A stretch of DNA of 64,000 bases from Vicugna vicugna (taxonomy: Eukaryota). The position numbers and the translations under genes are program-made. The notes beneath the pieces are model-generated. The model ran no database searches and was not told the origin of the DNA. It worked only from the letters and a program-made list of their open reading frames with translations. Position 1 is the first letter of the stretch. Every line of letters begins with the position of its first letter. Below are positions 45,940 to 58,370 of this stretch, piece after piece. The stretch covers positions 5,068,066 through 5,132,065 of the forward strand of contig MU058221.1 in assembly GCA_013265495.1 (NCBI GenBank). The letters run 5' to 3'.

Positions 45940-46560
45940 GTACAAGAATGTTCAGCACTGTCTGTAACAACACAAAGCTGGAAACATACAAATGTCTGCT
46001 ACCAGGAGGATGGGTAAATACAGTGTCAAATAGTCATACAATGGGACAAAATTTGTCACTAACAATGAGTGAACTACAGGTATACACAGCAGCATAGATG
46101 GGTCTCAAAAACACACAGTTGAGTGAAAAAAAAGTAAATCACAGAAGAATATAAATACTCTGTGATTTCAAAAAAAAATGTAAAAACTCCCCCAAATTAA
46201 GACATATTGTGTAGGGAAATATACATGAAGAGAAAAACTCTAAGAGGTACAAAACATTATGCAGAAAAGAAGCTACAAGGATACACTGTACAACACAGGG
46301 AATGTAGCCAATATTTTATAATAAGTATAAATGGAGCAAAACCTTGAAAAATTGTGAATCACTATGTTGTACACCTGTAACATACAATATTGTACACCAA
46401 CTATACTTCAATTTAAAAAAAAAGGAAGAGGAAAAAAAGACAAAGGAAAGAAAAAAAGTAAAACTTCAAAGAAAAAGAAGAGAAGGATTAAGTCAAAATT
46501 CAGCATAATAGTTACTGCCTGGAGAGAGAGAAAGGGGTATGACTGGGGAAGTCCACACTA
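45940..46560 (+). mobile_element. L1 3' fragments (old L1 with a younger L1 3' end at about 46250-46425)
   Basis: atgttcagcactg...ctggaaaca..caaatgtc; gaatcactatgttgtacacctg...caactatacttcaat plus A-tail. Confidence 0.65.
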
Positions 46561-46604
46561 GCCCTTCTGAGGTACTAGCTAATTGGATCTTTAAAGCTGG
46601 TTAG

Positions 46605-46711
46605 TGGGGTGGGTAGAGCTCAGTGGTAGAACACATGCTTAGCATGCACGAGGCCCTGGGTTCAATCTCTAGTACCTCCCCCATTAAAACAAAAAGCCAT
46701 AAAAACCAAAA
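46605..46711 (+). mobile_element. Vic-1-like SINE
   Basis: tRNA-Ala head, TSD CTGGTTAG. Confidence 0.87.
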
Positions 46712-48627
46712 CTGGTTAGCAGGTACATGCACTCATTTCATTGTCATTAGTTAAACTGTACGTACGTGTTAAGTACATCCTTTCATTAACATGGTATTTC
46801 ATAATAAAAAACAGAGCGATTGCTTTTTCTTTTTTTCCTCATCTTTTAAAAGATGGAGTTGTTCCTCCTTTTCATTCTTTGGAGGGTTTTGAGGGTGGGG
46901 AGAGGAGTAGAAATGCCTCCCCTCCATTTTGTATCAATGACTCTCTCTCTAGATGTTTGAATAGTTCACGGGCACAGGCTGTAAATGGCACAGGGCATTA
47001 TGGAGCTGGGGTTTCCTTGTAACACTGAAGAGAGAATCCATGGAAAACCGACATCAGGAAGTTTTGTGACGTCCACGATTGTTTATTTTGGAAGCCCCTG
47101 AACGGAAAACGGCCTTAATTGGAAAACAGCTTGTGTGCTTGTTTGGAGGGTTGAGTGACAGTGGAAAAAGCTGAGGGGACCTCACCTTCATGTGGGCCTT
47201 GCTGACTCCCAGAGGGAACGTGGGAGAGAGAGAGAGAAACAAGAACTTGGGAGGAGAGATGGTCTAAGGGAGAACTGACCGGCCCAGGGCGAGGCTTGCT
47301 TGATCCAGCACCAGAGTGGACCCAGGCCCACCTCAGATGGCATGCCACCTTGCAGGCAGGGTGGCCGTCTTTCCGTACTCAGGCGCTGGATGTACTCGTG
47401 CCAGAACACGTATTGAGTTGAGTGCCATGGACCGGAAAAGCCTTCATGTCAGAGCTTGGTTAATAGACGGGGTGGGGGTGGTGCAGCTGCCAAGAGAGGT
47501 CAGCAGAATCTTGCAGGGCTGGGGGAGGGAGCTTGGACTTTATCCTGAGCAATGAGGAGCTGTTAAAGGGTTTAAGCCAGGAAGAGGCAGGAAAGATTTG
47601 ATTGAGAAAATATGTAATGAAAAAATGCTGGTAAGCCTTCAGCAGTTCATTGAAGGGAAGCTATTCTGCATCAATCACATCAGCATCAGATTATAGTAAT
47701 GCCCACATATGGGCAAAATGGTTTCATTCTACGGACAATACTTGGTGCATGTCAGGATTCGGAGACCCTTCGCCAAATTCTGTGCCCACACTTCCAGTGC
47801 CAGGTTAGACGCTGTGGGTCTAGGTAACGTTAATACAAAAACCATTCTTCCTGACAGCAATCAGCAGCAAGTTCAACTTCTTTCTTAAAGTTGGGAAGAC
47901 CCCAACATAAGGAGAAATGTTTGCCTTCCCATTTGCTGTAAGGGACACCCACGTGAGAGGAACGAATACCCAACAGGTATTTATTTATTATGACACCAGT
48001 TTTGAATTTGCCTAACTCTTCTAATCTTTCATTTGTTGTCCACGTACTGTGATGAGGTCAAGGAGAGGTGGGAGCTTGTCGGTCATGTTTGTTCTTGGAC
48101 CCCCAACGCCTAGAACAGTGCCTGACATGTGGTGCACATTCAAAATGTAAATGACTGAATTGAATGAATATTGAGTCTCCCTTTCACAAGTGAGGACACA
48201 AAGGCTTAGAGATGTTAAACAGCTTATCAACTATTAGGTCAGCGGCTAATCCCAAATCACATCTGCTGGACTTCGCCTTCTTACTGGCTCCCAGACAGTC
48301 TAAGGTTTTATAGGGATCACATAGCTTGGGCAGGTTCCTAGCAGTTAAATAGAAAGCTATTGAATGATTCATTAACACCTTCCAAACGATCTTAGCATCT
48401 TAGCCGTTTGGAGAACGCAACGCAGAATTCAGAGGTGAGCCGTGGGAGAATGGCTGTGTTTAAACTCGCCACGTTCCATGAAAACCTGACACTGAGAGAT
48501 TCACACCTGGCATCTGAGAACAAAAGTTGGCATTGAACTTGGAGGAAGTATTATTAGGAACTTTCCCAACTAAATCTTCCTAAGCTTGTTATCAATAAAG
48601 AGGGTGTTTTCATTGAAATGGAGATCA

Positions 48628-48727
48628 TTATGATTTTATAGCGGCAGCCTGTATTGGGCAACCTTTACTGGGCTGGGGCCCCAGTTTTCATGGGCCACTT
48701 GGCATTCATCATTCTTATGCTACTTGC
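48628..48727 (+). repeat. Dispersed ~100-bp direct repeat, copy 1
   Basis: About 93% identical to 51525-51623 by manual alignment. Confidence 0.92.
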
Positions 48728-50102
48728 TTGAACTAGTTGGCCAAGGATGCCTGGGTCCTGAGTCCAGCCCTTTCCCCACACCCAGGTTGGCCTGAGCACA
48801 AATTCCTTTACAAACACTCGATAGTCCAAGGCCTTTGGAAGAAGCATAGAAAAATCAGATGACCTTTTCCCAGAGGAAGGGTTCTGAGAAAACTTACACA
48901 AGCTACCTGTGGTGAGAGAGGGAAGTTCAGTCTCTGGGAAAGGGCTCCAATGGGAATAAGTTACAAGTCCCGTCTTATTCCCATTCCGTGTTTCTAGGCA
49001 GGAGTCTAGCCAAGATGCCAGATGATAAAAGAGTAACTGATGTGTGAATGGGCAGGTGTGATCCCAACCAAGAGACAAGCCCAGACCCTGCCTTCTCTCT
49101 GTCATCCAGAGTGTGCCCAGAAGGGAAACTGCAAAACACCGACCTAACAGTTCACACTTTCCTCATTGCAACATGGGGAGAGGTCAGGGTGCAAAGGTCT
49201 CAGAAAAGTACATTCTCTGTGGTTTTCGTAACTAACATCCCACAGCTTTTGATGATCTCTGAGCCATTGCTAATGCGCACAGTGTTTTCACATGCAGCTC
49301 CTACTGGAGTAGCTAGAACAATATTATTATTCGCAAATTAGAGATGAACAAAGAGATTAAATTACTTGTCTAAAGCTGTGTCATTCCCCTCAAAACCAGC
49401 CTCCTGGTGGACTGTATGCTGCTCAGTCATGCTGTTTGGTATTTTTCCCTCTTCAGGTCAATCATCTACCACTTTGGCATCACTAGTTCTCAACCTTTGG
49501 TGTACCATCACTTAGAGAATCCAGTCTATCCACTGATACACACACGGGCACACACATATACACAAACATACACACACAGTTGTATATTAACTCAGCGACC
49601 CCCTGAAGACCATAGACACAGGGCTGAGAATCCTTTTAGAAGTAATGTGTGTGAGACCAAAGAGACATAATTATCAAATGTGATTTCTGAACTGTATTTT
49701 CTGATTTAGAAATTCAGCTACAGAACACACCTTAGGGACAGCCAGAGAAATCCAAACATAGACTATATTTATTCGATTTCATTACAGAATTTTCTTAAGT
49801 GACATTAGGTTAATTTTCTTAGCTGTGATAATGGTGTTTTTTTATGGAGGAAAGAATATCCTGATTTTTAGGAGATGCTTAAGAGTTGAGAGATGAAATA
49901 CCATGAAATCTACAACACATTTTCAAATGGTTCATAAAAAATACAGAAAGATACAAGACTGAACAATACGACAGACGCCAATATTGTATCTACGACAACA
50001 GCAATTGCACTTGATTTAACCTAATTTATGAAGAAAATACCGCAAACGATTAACAGTTTAACCTAGGTGTTGATATATGCATGGTCATTAAAAAGTTCTT
50101 TC

Positions 50103-50213
50103 AGGGAGGGTATAGCTCAGTGGCAGAGTGTATGCTTGGCGTGAAGGAGGTCCTGGGTTCAATCCCCACCACCTCCTCTAAACATAAATAAATAAACCTA
50201 ATCACCTCCCCCC
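50103..50213 (+). mobile_element. Vic-1-like SINE
   Basis: gggagggtatagctcagtgg...gtcctgggttcaatcccc...aataaacctaat. Confidence 0.88.
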
Positions 50214-50291
50214 TAATCTGCTCCTTTATTAGTTATCTATTGTTATGTAACAAATTACCCCCAAATTTAGTGACTTAAAGCAACACACATT

Positions 50292-51010
50292 TCTAGGCAG
50301 ATACCCAAAAGGACTGAAAGCAGAGACTCGAAGGGATATTTGTACATCCATGTTCACAATAGCGTTTTTCACAGTATCCAAAAAGTGCAAGCAATTCAAG
50401 TGTCCCTCAGTGGATGAATGGGTAAACAAGATATGGCATATAATACAGTGGAATATTATACAGCCTTTAAAAGGAAGGAAATTCTGACACATGCTACAAC
50501 ATGGATGAACCTCGAAGACATTGTGCTAAGTGAAATAAGTCACTCACAAAAGGACAAATAGTGTATGATTCCATGTATATGAGACAGCTGGAGTAGTCAA
50601 ATTCATAGAGACAGAGAGTGGAATAGTGGTTGCCGGGGACTAGGTGGGAGAGCAAAGAGCCGTTATTTAATGGGTGTAGAGTTTCAGTTTGGGAAGATGA
50701 AAAAGGTCCTGAGGTGCGTGATGCCGATGACTGCACAATGGCGTGAATGCACTTAATGCCAATAAACCTAAATACTTCAAAATGGTAAAATTTTTTGGAG
50801 AGTGGTTTACTTATTTATTTAGTGTTTTTTTTTTGGTGGGGGGAGTAATTAGGTTTATTTGTTTATTTTTACAGTGGGTACTGGGGATTGAACACAGGAC
50901 CTCGTGCATGCTGAGCATGCACTCTACCACTGAGCTATACCCTCCCCATTCAAAATGGCAAATTTTATGTTATGTATATTGTACCCCCCAATACACACAC
51001 ACAAACCACA
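50292..51010 (+). mobile_element. L1 3' end (L1MA/MB-like)
   Basis: ggatgaatgg.taaacaa.atatgg...acatggatgaacctcgaagacattgtgctaagtgaaataagtca. Confidence 0.88.
50795..50947 (-). mobile_element. Vic-1-like SINE nested in L1
   Basis: Imperfect TSD TTCAAAATGG(T/C)AAA. Confidence 0.88.
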
Positions 51011-51524
51011 AACCAAACATGTATTATCTCACTGTGATATCCCAATATTCTATTCACAGGAATCAAGTCACTAGGTCCACTCAAGGGGAAGGATTACACA
51101 GAGCATGGGAGCTGGAAGGTAGGGGTCTTTGAGAACATTAGAATCTGAGAACCTTAGAATCTTAAAACTTTAGATTCTTAGAAGTTGCCTGCCAGTTTGC
51201 TCTCTGAACCCAGTGACTCACATCCCCTCCTCACATGCAAGATATATTCACTCCCTCACCAGGTCCTCAAAAGTCACATCCATTACGGCATCAGTTCGAA
51301 ATCCAGAGTGTCATCATTTAAATGAGGACCAGACGTGGATCAGGCTTCAGGTATAGTTCCTTAAAGGTACTTCTCAATCTGTGGACCTGTCAAACTAGAC
51401 ATGTCACCTACCTCAACACAAATACGCACACTTGTGGAACAGGCACAGGATAAACCCTGCAGACACACATGGTATAAACATTCATGAGTGTACAACCCTC
51501 TGTGTGTGTCGAGTACTCTACCGC

Positions 51525-51623
51525 TTATGATTTTATAGAACAGCCTGTATTGGGCAACCTTTGCCGGGCTGGGGCCCCACTTTTCATGGGCCACCTGGCA
51601 TTCATCATTCTTATGCTACTTGC
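51525..51623 (+). repeat. Dispersed ~100-bp direct repeat, copy 2
   Basis: About 93% identical to 48628-48727 by manual alignment. Confidence 0.92.
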
Positions 51624-52849
51624 AGGCAGGACAAGCTTCATTGTCCCTGTTGTTTGGCAGCGGAAGCCAAGACTTCAGGAAGACAAGTGGTCGACCCAAA
51701 GGCCCCCAGGCACTTGGGGCGAGGCCGTCTCACTGTAGTTCAGGACCTTCCTACCAATATCCCCGGCTGTCTCCCACAAGCACGGGAATTAGTGTGCGTA
51801 TACACACATGTGTGCACCCCACACGTACATACACAGACAGTAGATTCAGATCTCTGGAGGGAAGGTTCATGCCTTATCAGTCTTACTCTTCCCTACCCGC
51901 AAATAAAGCGCCTAGCAGCTAGAAAATAGTAAGTGATTGTGGAATGGAGTTGGGCTTGACTTCTGAACAGGACCCCCTTGGGGAGCGAGAGGGGGAACAC
52001 AAATGAGGATTAGAGCCAGAGCCAGAGCTCAAGACCAGCCTGACTGAACTCTACAACGCTCTGGCCCCTGACTCCAGCTCTCCACAGACCTTTCCTGGGT
52101 CATCACTGAGTGGTGGGGCTGGGATGTCCAGAGAAATGGATCTGCCCACCTGGCTCTGCCCCAGGGCGTGTAACAGCTCCTTCTGGGCAGTGGGATCCCA
52201 GGCAGGAAGGAACTTTCTCTAAACCCACAGTGCTAATCAACCAGCTACCTCAGCTGCCCACTCAGGGCCTGGCACCCACACTGGTCCCTGGCAAGGCAGT
52301 TGGAGCCGGAGCCTCATTCACGTAGGCATGGAGCGCTGGCAGCAAGCATGGGACCCTAGAGATTAGAAGCCTGAGCTAATGAAATGGTTGCCATTGGGCA
52401 TCAGTGTTTGCCAAGTACTTCTACATAAATATATCTGGTTCTGCTCATTACTCAGCCAAGGCATGGGCGCTGCCGGAGTCTGACTCAGCCTTTGTACAGG
52501 TTTCAGCAATGAACTCGTTCCCTTCTGAAATTTTGAGGATTCTAATACCCAACTGATTTGGCTTAGCTTTGCATCTGTGCTTTCTCCTTATCTGGAAATG
52601 GGAGGCCACTGTGTCCTGCTGGCCTGGGAGACTTCTGCAGCAGGGACACGGAGGCGGGCTTAGCACAGGTGGCCCAGGCAGCTGCCCACACCCTGCTGTG
52701 TGCTTTCAAGCAGCCTGTTTGCTGCCCCATTCTCCCCTCTGCCCACAGACGTCCCAGTGCCCTTGAGAGTCAACAGGAAAAGGCAGGGCTGTGAATTAGA
52801 CAACAGGCGGTGGGTGGGAAGAAGAAAGGCCTCACAATGGACTCTGGGA

Positions 52850-53225
52850 TGCCATGCAGCCGGCCCCGTCATCCCTCAGACCTCATTTCCTCTTCCTCTC
52901 CCCTCACATCACTCATCATTGTTCCTGGAACACAGCCGGCTCATTCCTGCCACAGGGCCTTTGCATCACTCTTCCCCCAGACAGCTTTGTGCTCCCTCCA
53001 GCTTTCTGTTCAAGACTTTGTTCTAATGTCATTTTCTCACCAAGGCCTTCTTGACCTCCCTTCTATGACTGCAAGCCCCTTTCCCTATCCCCTTGCCTTT
53101 CCTCTGCCTCCTCTCACCATCTACCTTCCTTATCTCGTCGAGGGTTGGTCTCTCAGCCTCTGCAGTTTTGTGTTTGCTCACTGCTGTAGCTCCAGCACCG
53201 AAACAGTGCCTGACATGTAGCACAG
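52850..53225 (+). mobile_element. L2 fragment
   Basis: gttcctggaacac...cagggcctttgca...cagcacc.aaacagtgcctgacatgtag. Confidence 0.6.
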
Positions 53226-55939
53226 GCTCCCTTCTGGGCTTGACTCAGTTCATCTGACTAATGACAGGGACACATGCATTGCTGGGAAAGCTGCCTTCCA
53301 GTGGTAATAATTGAGGAGTCCAGACAATATCCTCTTACCACCCAAGAAAGGCCCAAACAGCAGGCAACGAGGGAAGGGAGGCAGGAAGCAGCTGCCAGGA
53401 TGACTAACTGGGATCTTAAGTCACCACCCCTCCCCCCACCGGTGCCAATCCTTGTGGGCTCCAGCCGGGCTAAGGATTATTGAGACCCACGTGGCCTCCC
53501 AGCCTGACCCGGCCCAAAAGGACCATGAGGAGCACTTAGAAAAATTGCTCCACCTTAGAGAGCTGACACTGGTGGCTGGAGAAGCAACAGAGGTTTGCTG
53601 AACTTTGTACAGAAATTTTGCAAAACTAGACTTGATTCAGCTCTTGTTCAACAAATACTTAAAAGGACTTCTTCTCTGCCAGGCATTGCTCTAGGTGGGA
53701 ACAGAGCAGTGAACCAGAGGAGCGAGGTCCGGCCCTGATCGGTGTGTTTACTCTTGAGTTCTGGGGTGCCACACCTTCCCAAAGCCCAGGGCCTGCTTCC
53801 CTTCGACCTCCTGCTCCCCAGTATCTTCAATCTCCCCGGATCTCCTGGCTGCATCTAGATGGATAGATGCCCTTTATTTCAAAAGCAAAACAACCACCTG
53901 CTTCCCCGCTTGACCAAGGAGACAACAGCATGGTCCCCCCCACTGCCCCTGTATCCCTCTCCTGCATCCCAGTCACATGGACTTTGTACTTTGACCCTCG
54001 TCTCAGGAAACTCCACTCTCTCCCTCAGTCTCACCACCTTCCTATCTTTGGCCCTACTATTCCCCCAAAACTCATCCTCTATACCCATTTGGCTAATGGC
54101 CCCAGTGACCCCCCGAACTAATTATATGTCCCCCGTATTCAGTACCTTTGTGCATTCATCCCTATCTGAGCCGTTTCTCCCCTCCCATCCCTCTGCTGCT
54201 TCAGAACCACCCATCACAGCAAAATTAACCCTCTCATCTTCAAGGGGAGGCAGGCTTCTCTCAGTTCCCCAGCCCTTGAGAAGCTCCCCACCACCCAGAA
54301 TGCCTAATTACCATGAGTGCATCGTTATCCGTTATCCGTACCACACACATCTTTCCAGGTAATTACTAGCTGTCTGAGAATGCTTCCTGGATGCATGTCT
54401 TATCTGTCCAACAGATTGTAAACTCCTTGAGGGCAAGGGCAGCTTTTATCTTTCTTTATCCCATACAGCCCAGTGCCCACTCCCTGAGTAATCAATCAGT
54501 GATAGATTTGACCTGGACTTACCGAATGATGATATTCCAGAAGAACCCACTTGGGGAAATGCATGTTTGTTTACAGATGTTAAGAGGAAAATGCAGACTA
54601 CAAGGTTGTATTATGGTCAGATTGCCACAATGTGAACTATGTACTCATAAGGATAAAACTGGAAGGCAATTGGTAAAAATAAACAGCACTTTGTTAGAGT
54701 TTTGGATTATGCGTGATTTGTTTAATAATCTGTAAATATTGTTAGTGACTTGTTTATGCATTAAAAATTTTTCTTAATGCATGGAGGGCTTTAAGTGTCA
54801 TTGAAACATTCCATTCCTGGGCATAAACTCACTGAGTCTTTCCTAGGAAATAAGAGGGGCCAGGAGTGGGGTAGGTGGGACTGGCAGTGTTTTGGAGACT
54901 TACTGCAGTCATATTTATACATAAACAGCTAAGCAAAGGAGGAAAACAGCCAAAGTCCAATTTTTGCCTGCAAATGTTTGTTCCCCGAGGAGGGGACAGA
55001 AAAATAAACAGTTCAAAATAACCTAATGAAATCACATGAGCAGTGAGGATTTTCTTTTCTCTGCACCAGAATGGGAAGAGGTGGCATGCTCTGTGAGTTT
55101 CCTAGTGTTCTGTGCTCTGACACCCCGGCAGTGGGGAGTGTGACCGGGAGAGGGTGAGGCCGCTACACTCTCCTTCGAGGCCAGGACAGCTCTGGGCACA
55201 GGCTTCCTTTGAGTCCTTAACCTTTTTTCACTTGTTTACTTTATCCATACCAGACTCTGGGCTCTCAGAGATGAGGACCACACTCTTTCTGTCAAAGGGG
55301 TGGCCCCACGGCGTACCTAACACCTAAGAGGAACCCAAGAGATCATTGGACCAATTCTCTCATCAGACCCGTGAGGACCAGCCTCAGAGAAAGAGGCCCG
55401 TACAGACGTCACACAGCCCAGGGGTCTTAAGGGCCTGGTTTAGAAAACTCTGGTGTGCGTGAGCCCAGCCCCCGCAGCGTCGCTTAGGTATTCACAGCAT
55501 TCCTCCGGCAAGTGTGGGTTGAGCATATATCCTCTGGGCCAGAAAGACAAGGATGACAATAAACAAATCGTGCTCCCTGACATTAAGGAGCTTACTATTC
55601 AGAGGGAGACATGGGGCAAGCTCACAGATAACCGAATACAAAGCAGAAAGGAGGAAGTGTTGCAAAAGGCAGGCACAGAGACGGAAGGAGCATCTGACGA
55701 GGTGGGCTGAGCACGGCTCTGATGCCATTAAGCTGGCATTAAAGGGGTTCAGGATGATGCAACTGAGATCAGAGGCACCGAAACAGTTGCATTCATTTAA
55801 CAGATACTTGCTGATCACCAACTCCCACGTGCTAAGCAAGGTTCTAGGCATTTGGGAAGCAAATCTCTCCCCTCGTGAAATTTCCATTCAGGTAAAAGTA
55901 GGGACACTACCCAAGATCTATAAGTAAAAGCAGATTAGA

Positions 55940-56060
55940 TGGGCTGGTGAGAATGCAAAATTGTGCAGCCACTGTGGAAAACAGTACGGCTATTCCTCAA
56001 AAGGTTAAACACAGAATTATCATTCGATCCAGCAAGTTCACTTCTGGATGTATATTTGCC
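55940..56060 (+). mobile_element. L1 ORF2 C-terminal fragment
   Basis: Translates to [31 protein letters not shown]. Confidence 0.75.
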
Positions 56061-58228
56061 TCATCCAGAAATCTGGGATAAGAGCGGTCCAAAAAAAGGG
56101 ATCAGCAAGTGCAAAAGCCCTGGGGCAGAAATGGCCAGGAGACCATGGTGCCAGAGCCAGTGCCATGAGAATCCATTGGTTCACCGCTGTGCCCCGATCA
56201 ACCCCGAAGGCGCTAGGGAAACCGCCTAAGAGTGGAGCTGGGGCAAACCTTCCTCAGCCCAGGGGGCAGCGGCGATGCTCAGAGCACAGGGTTTTATTCG
56301 GGTGAAGGGTGGGAGGAGGGTTTTGGCTTTATTGAACTTGTAGCAAAGTCATTGTCACGCTTGTTTTGGGAACATGATCCCTCAGATCATAGCGCTGCAT
56401 GTGACCATAACTTCATTTCTCTGGAAATAATTCTGCTAGGACAGGAACTGAGAATTCTTTCTCCATGACCTGTGGGTGAGATTGTGTTCTGTGAGAACAC
56501 TGGGTTTTGCATTTCTCATTACACTGCTCTCATAGTGCCTGGGTTTGGAAGAGGTTACCGTCTTAAATTCTTTTATGATTTTCGCCCCCATCAAACCAAG
56601 GAAAAAGGTGACTAAAGAACTCATCGAAAGTAGAACGCTCCAACGCCCCAAGATAATTCCTCTTCATAAAACCTGAAGTTACATGCCAGGGGCATTACAT
56701 AAAAATAAAGCTAGAGTAAGCACGTGCAAATTATATTGTTACAGACAATGCTGGGAGAAGGAATCTTTCTTTCGAGACATTTTAATTGCCAGATGCAAAA
56801 GATAGTAGACTCTTTCCTTGTTGATACCTTGCCAGCCTTGTCGCTAATGCACACTGTAGGTGCATTCAAGGCTCTGGGGCATCCCTGCCAAGATGTGATG
56901 GCTGAGAACCAGTGATGACTTCAGCATGAGCTTTCTCCACCTGCCGGCCCCGCCATCGCGGCCCGGCCTACACACCAGCTGCCCGATCCCATCTGATTTG
57001 CAGCTCCCATTGGATTGCAAATCTGTCCTCGCATAGAGGCTAATACCCACAGTAAAGTTTTTAGGAAACTAGCTTAAAGTTTAACATTGACGGATGTTGT
57101 GAGCTTAAGGGTGGTCTCCAGAGGGACTGTCTCTGGAATTCTCCGCGAGGACCCAGTGTGCTTAAGCCACAGTGTCATGGAAAGGAATGGAATGGGAGAC
57201 GGAAGTGTGAGGTTTAACTGTGATTCACCTCTGTGCTGGGTATCTCCTGCTTGCTCAACCCACCGTAGAGTCCCTCGCTACTCTGCTCTGCCCTGTTCCG
57301 GCCCCAAGACCGACCTGTGTAGATGTAACAGGCTCCCTGACCCTCTGGCTTAAGTAAGACCAACCAGAATCTCCCAGGAGGAGAGAGAGGCTGGGTGTCT
57401 GTTCCCCTGATGCCTTCCTAGGTCTTGGCGGGCTGCCGTCTCCTCCCGCTGCAGGTGTCTCTCTCCAGGTTCCAGTAACTGCGCCCTCCTCTCTGTTTCA
57501 CAGGCCCAAGTAGCTCCCCCAAATACCACACTGTCCCTTGGGGTCCCCTACACCTTGTCTCCGCTGTGTGAAGAGTTCCTTTATTGAAGTCTGCTGAAAT
57601 CATCCAGGTGAGAATGCATCCTCTGCCTCCTGTCGGGACCCTGACTGATGCAGCCAGTAGTGAGCTGGGTGGCCCTGGTTTCCTTATCTTTAAAATAGAG
57701 ATCAAAATGCCACTTCTTATGCACTTGTTCCACGGGGTTTCTGTAAGGTTTATAACAGACATAAAGCACTAAATAAACATGGTTTTCAAATAAATATGCT
57801 GTGTAAGTTTCACAATTCCAGGAATGCCAAAAATAACATGTTATCTTTTATAGGTCAAGATGCCGCTACCATTATGCGGAGCTTTGGGAAGTTTTTCTAA
57901 AATACACATGGGTTTTTATTAAAATACTCAAAAGGCTAACTGGAATTTGCAGTGATAAACATAAACACATTGGATGGCCAATAAGAATCCTAAAGTCTAT
58001 CCCGAATTCAGGAAGAGAAGACAGATAGGACAAAAACATTTTCCCTATTTTGTACCCATCAGGGTAGTGATGATGAACATTTTATTGGAAAAAATCTAAA
58101 CGTGAATATCAACATACTTTTCATTTTAGGTAGATAAAAATAGCTTTGTTACCACCATTGGCTACCAAGAAGCAAACTGGTTTAGGAAAAAGGACATTGT
58201 CAGACTCAAAAGACATGCCCTGGCTTTA

Positions 58229-58370
58229 TCTATTTTTATTTTTTTAACTTTTTTTGGGGGGGAGATTAGGTTTATTTATTTTTATTTATTAACGGAGGTA
58301 CTGGGGATTGAACCCAGGACCTCATGCATGCTAAGCACACACTCTACCACTGAGCTGTACCCTCTCCCTC
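58229..58370 (-). mobile_element. Vic-1-like SINE
   Basis: Imperfect TSD TG(C/T)CCTG(G/A)CTTTA. Confidence 0.9.

Larger units (their letters stand above)
50226..51460 (-). mobile_element. MLT1 LTR plus internal fragment, interrupted by L1
   Basis: tattagttatctattg...taacaaattaccccc.aaatttagtgacttaaa start; resumes near 51020 (aagtcactaggtccactcaaggggaagga); MLT-int-like sequence after 51195. Confidence 0.55.

Noticed and set aside
51130..51185. Short imperfect tandem repeat (ttagaatct-like); also a 15-bp duplication at about 35494-35528
   Set aside because: Simple slippage inside old repeats; no spacer structure, so not CRISPR-like.
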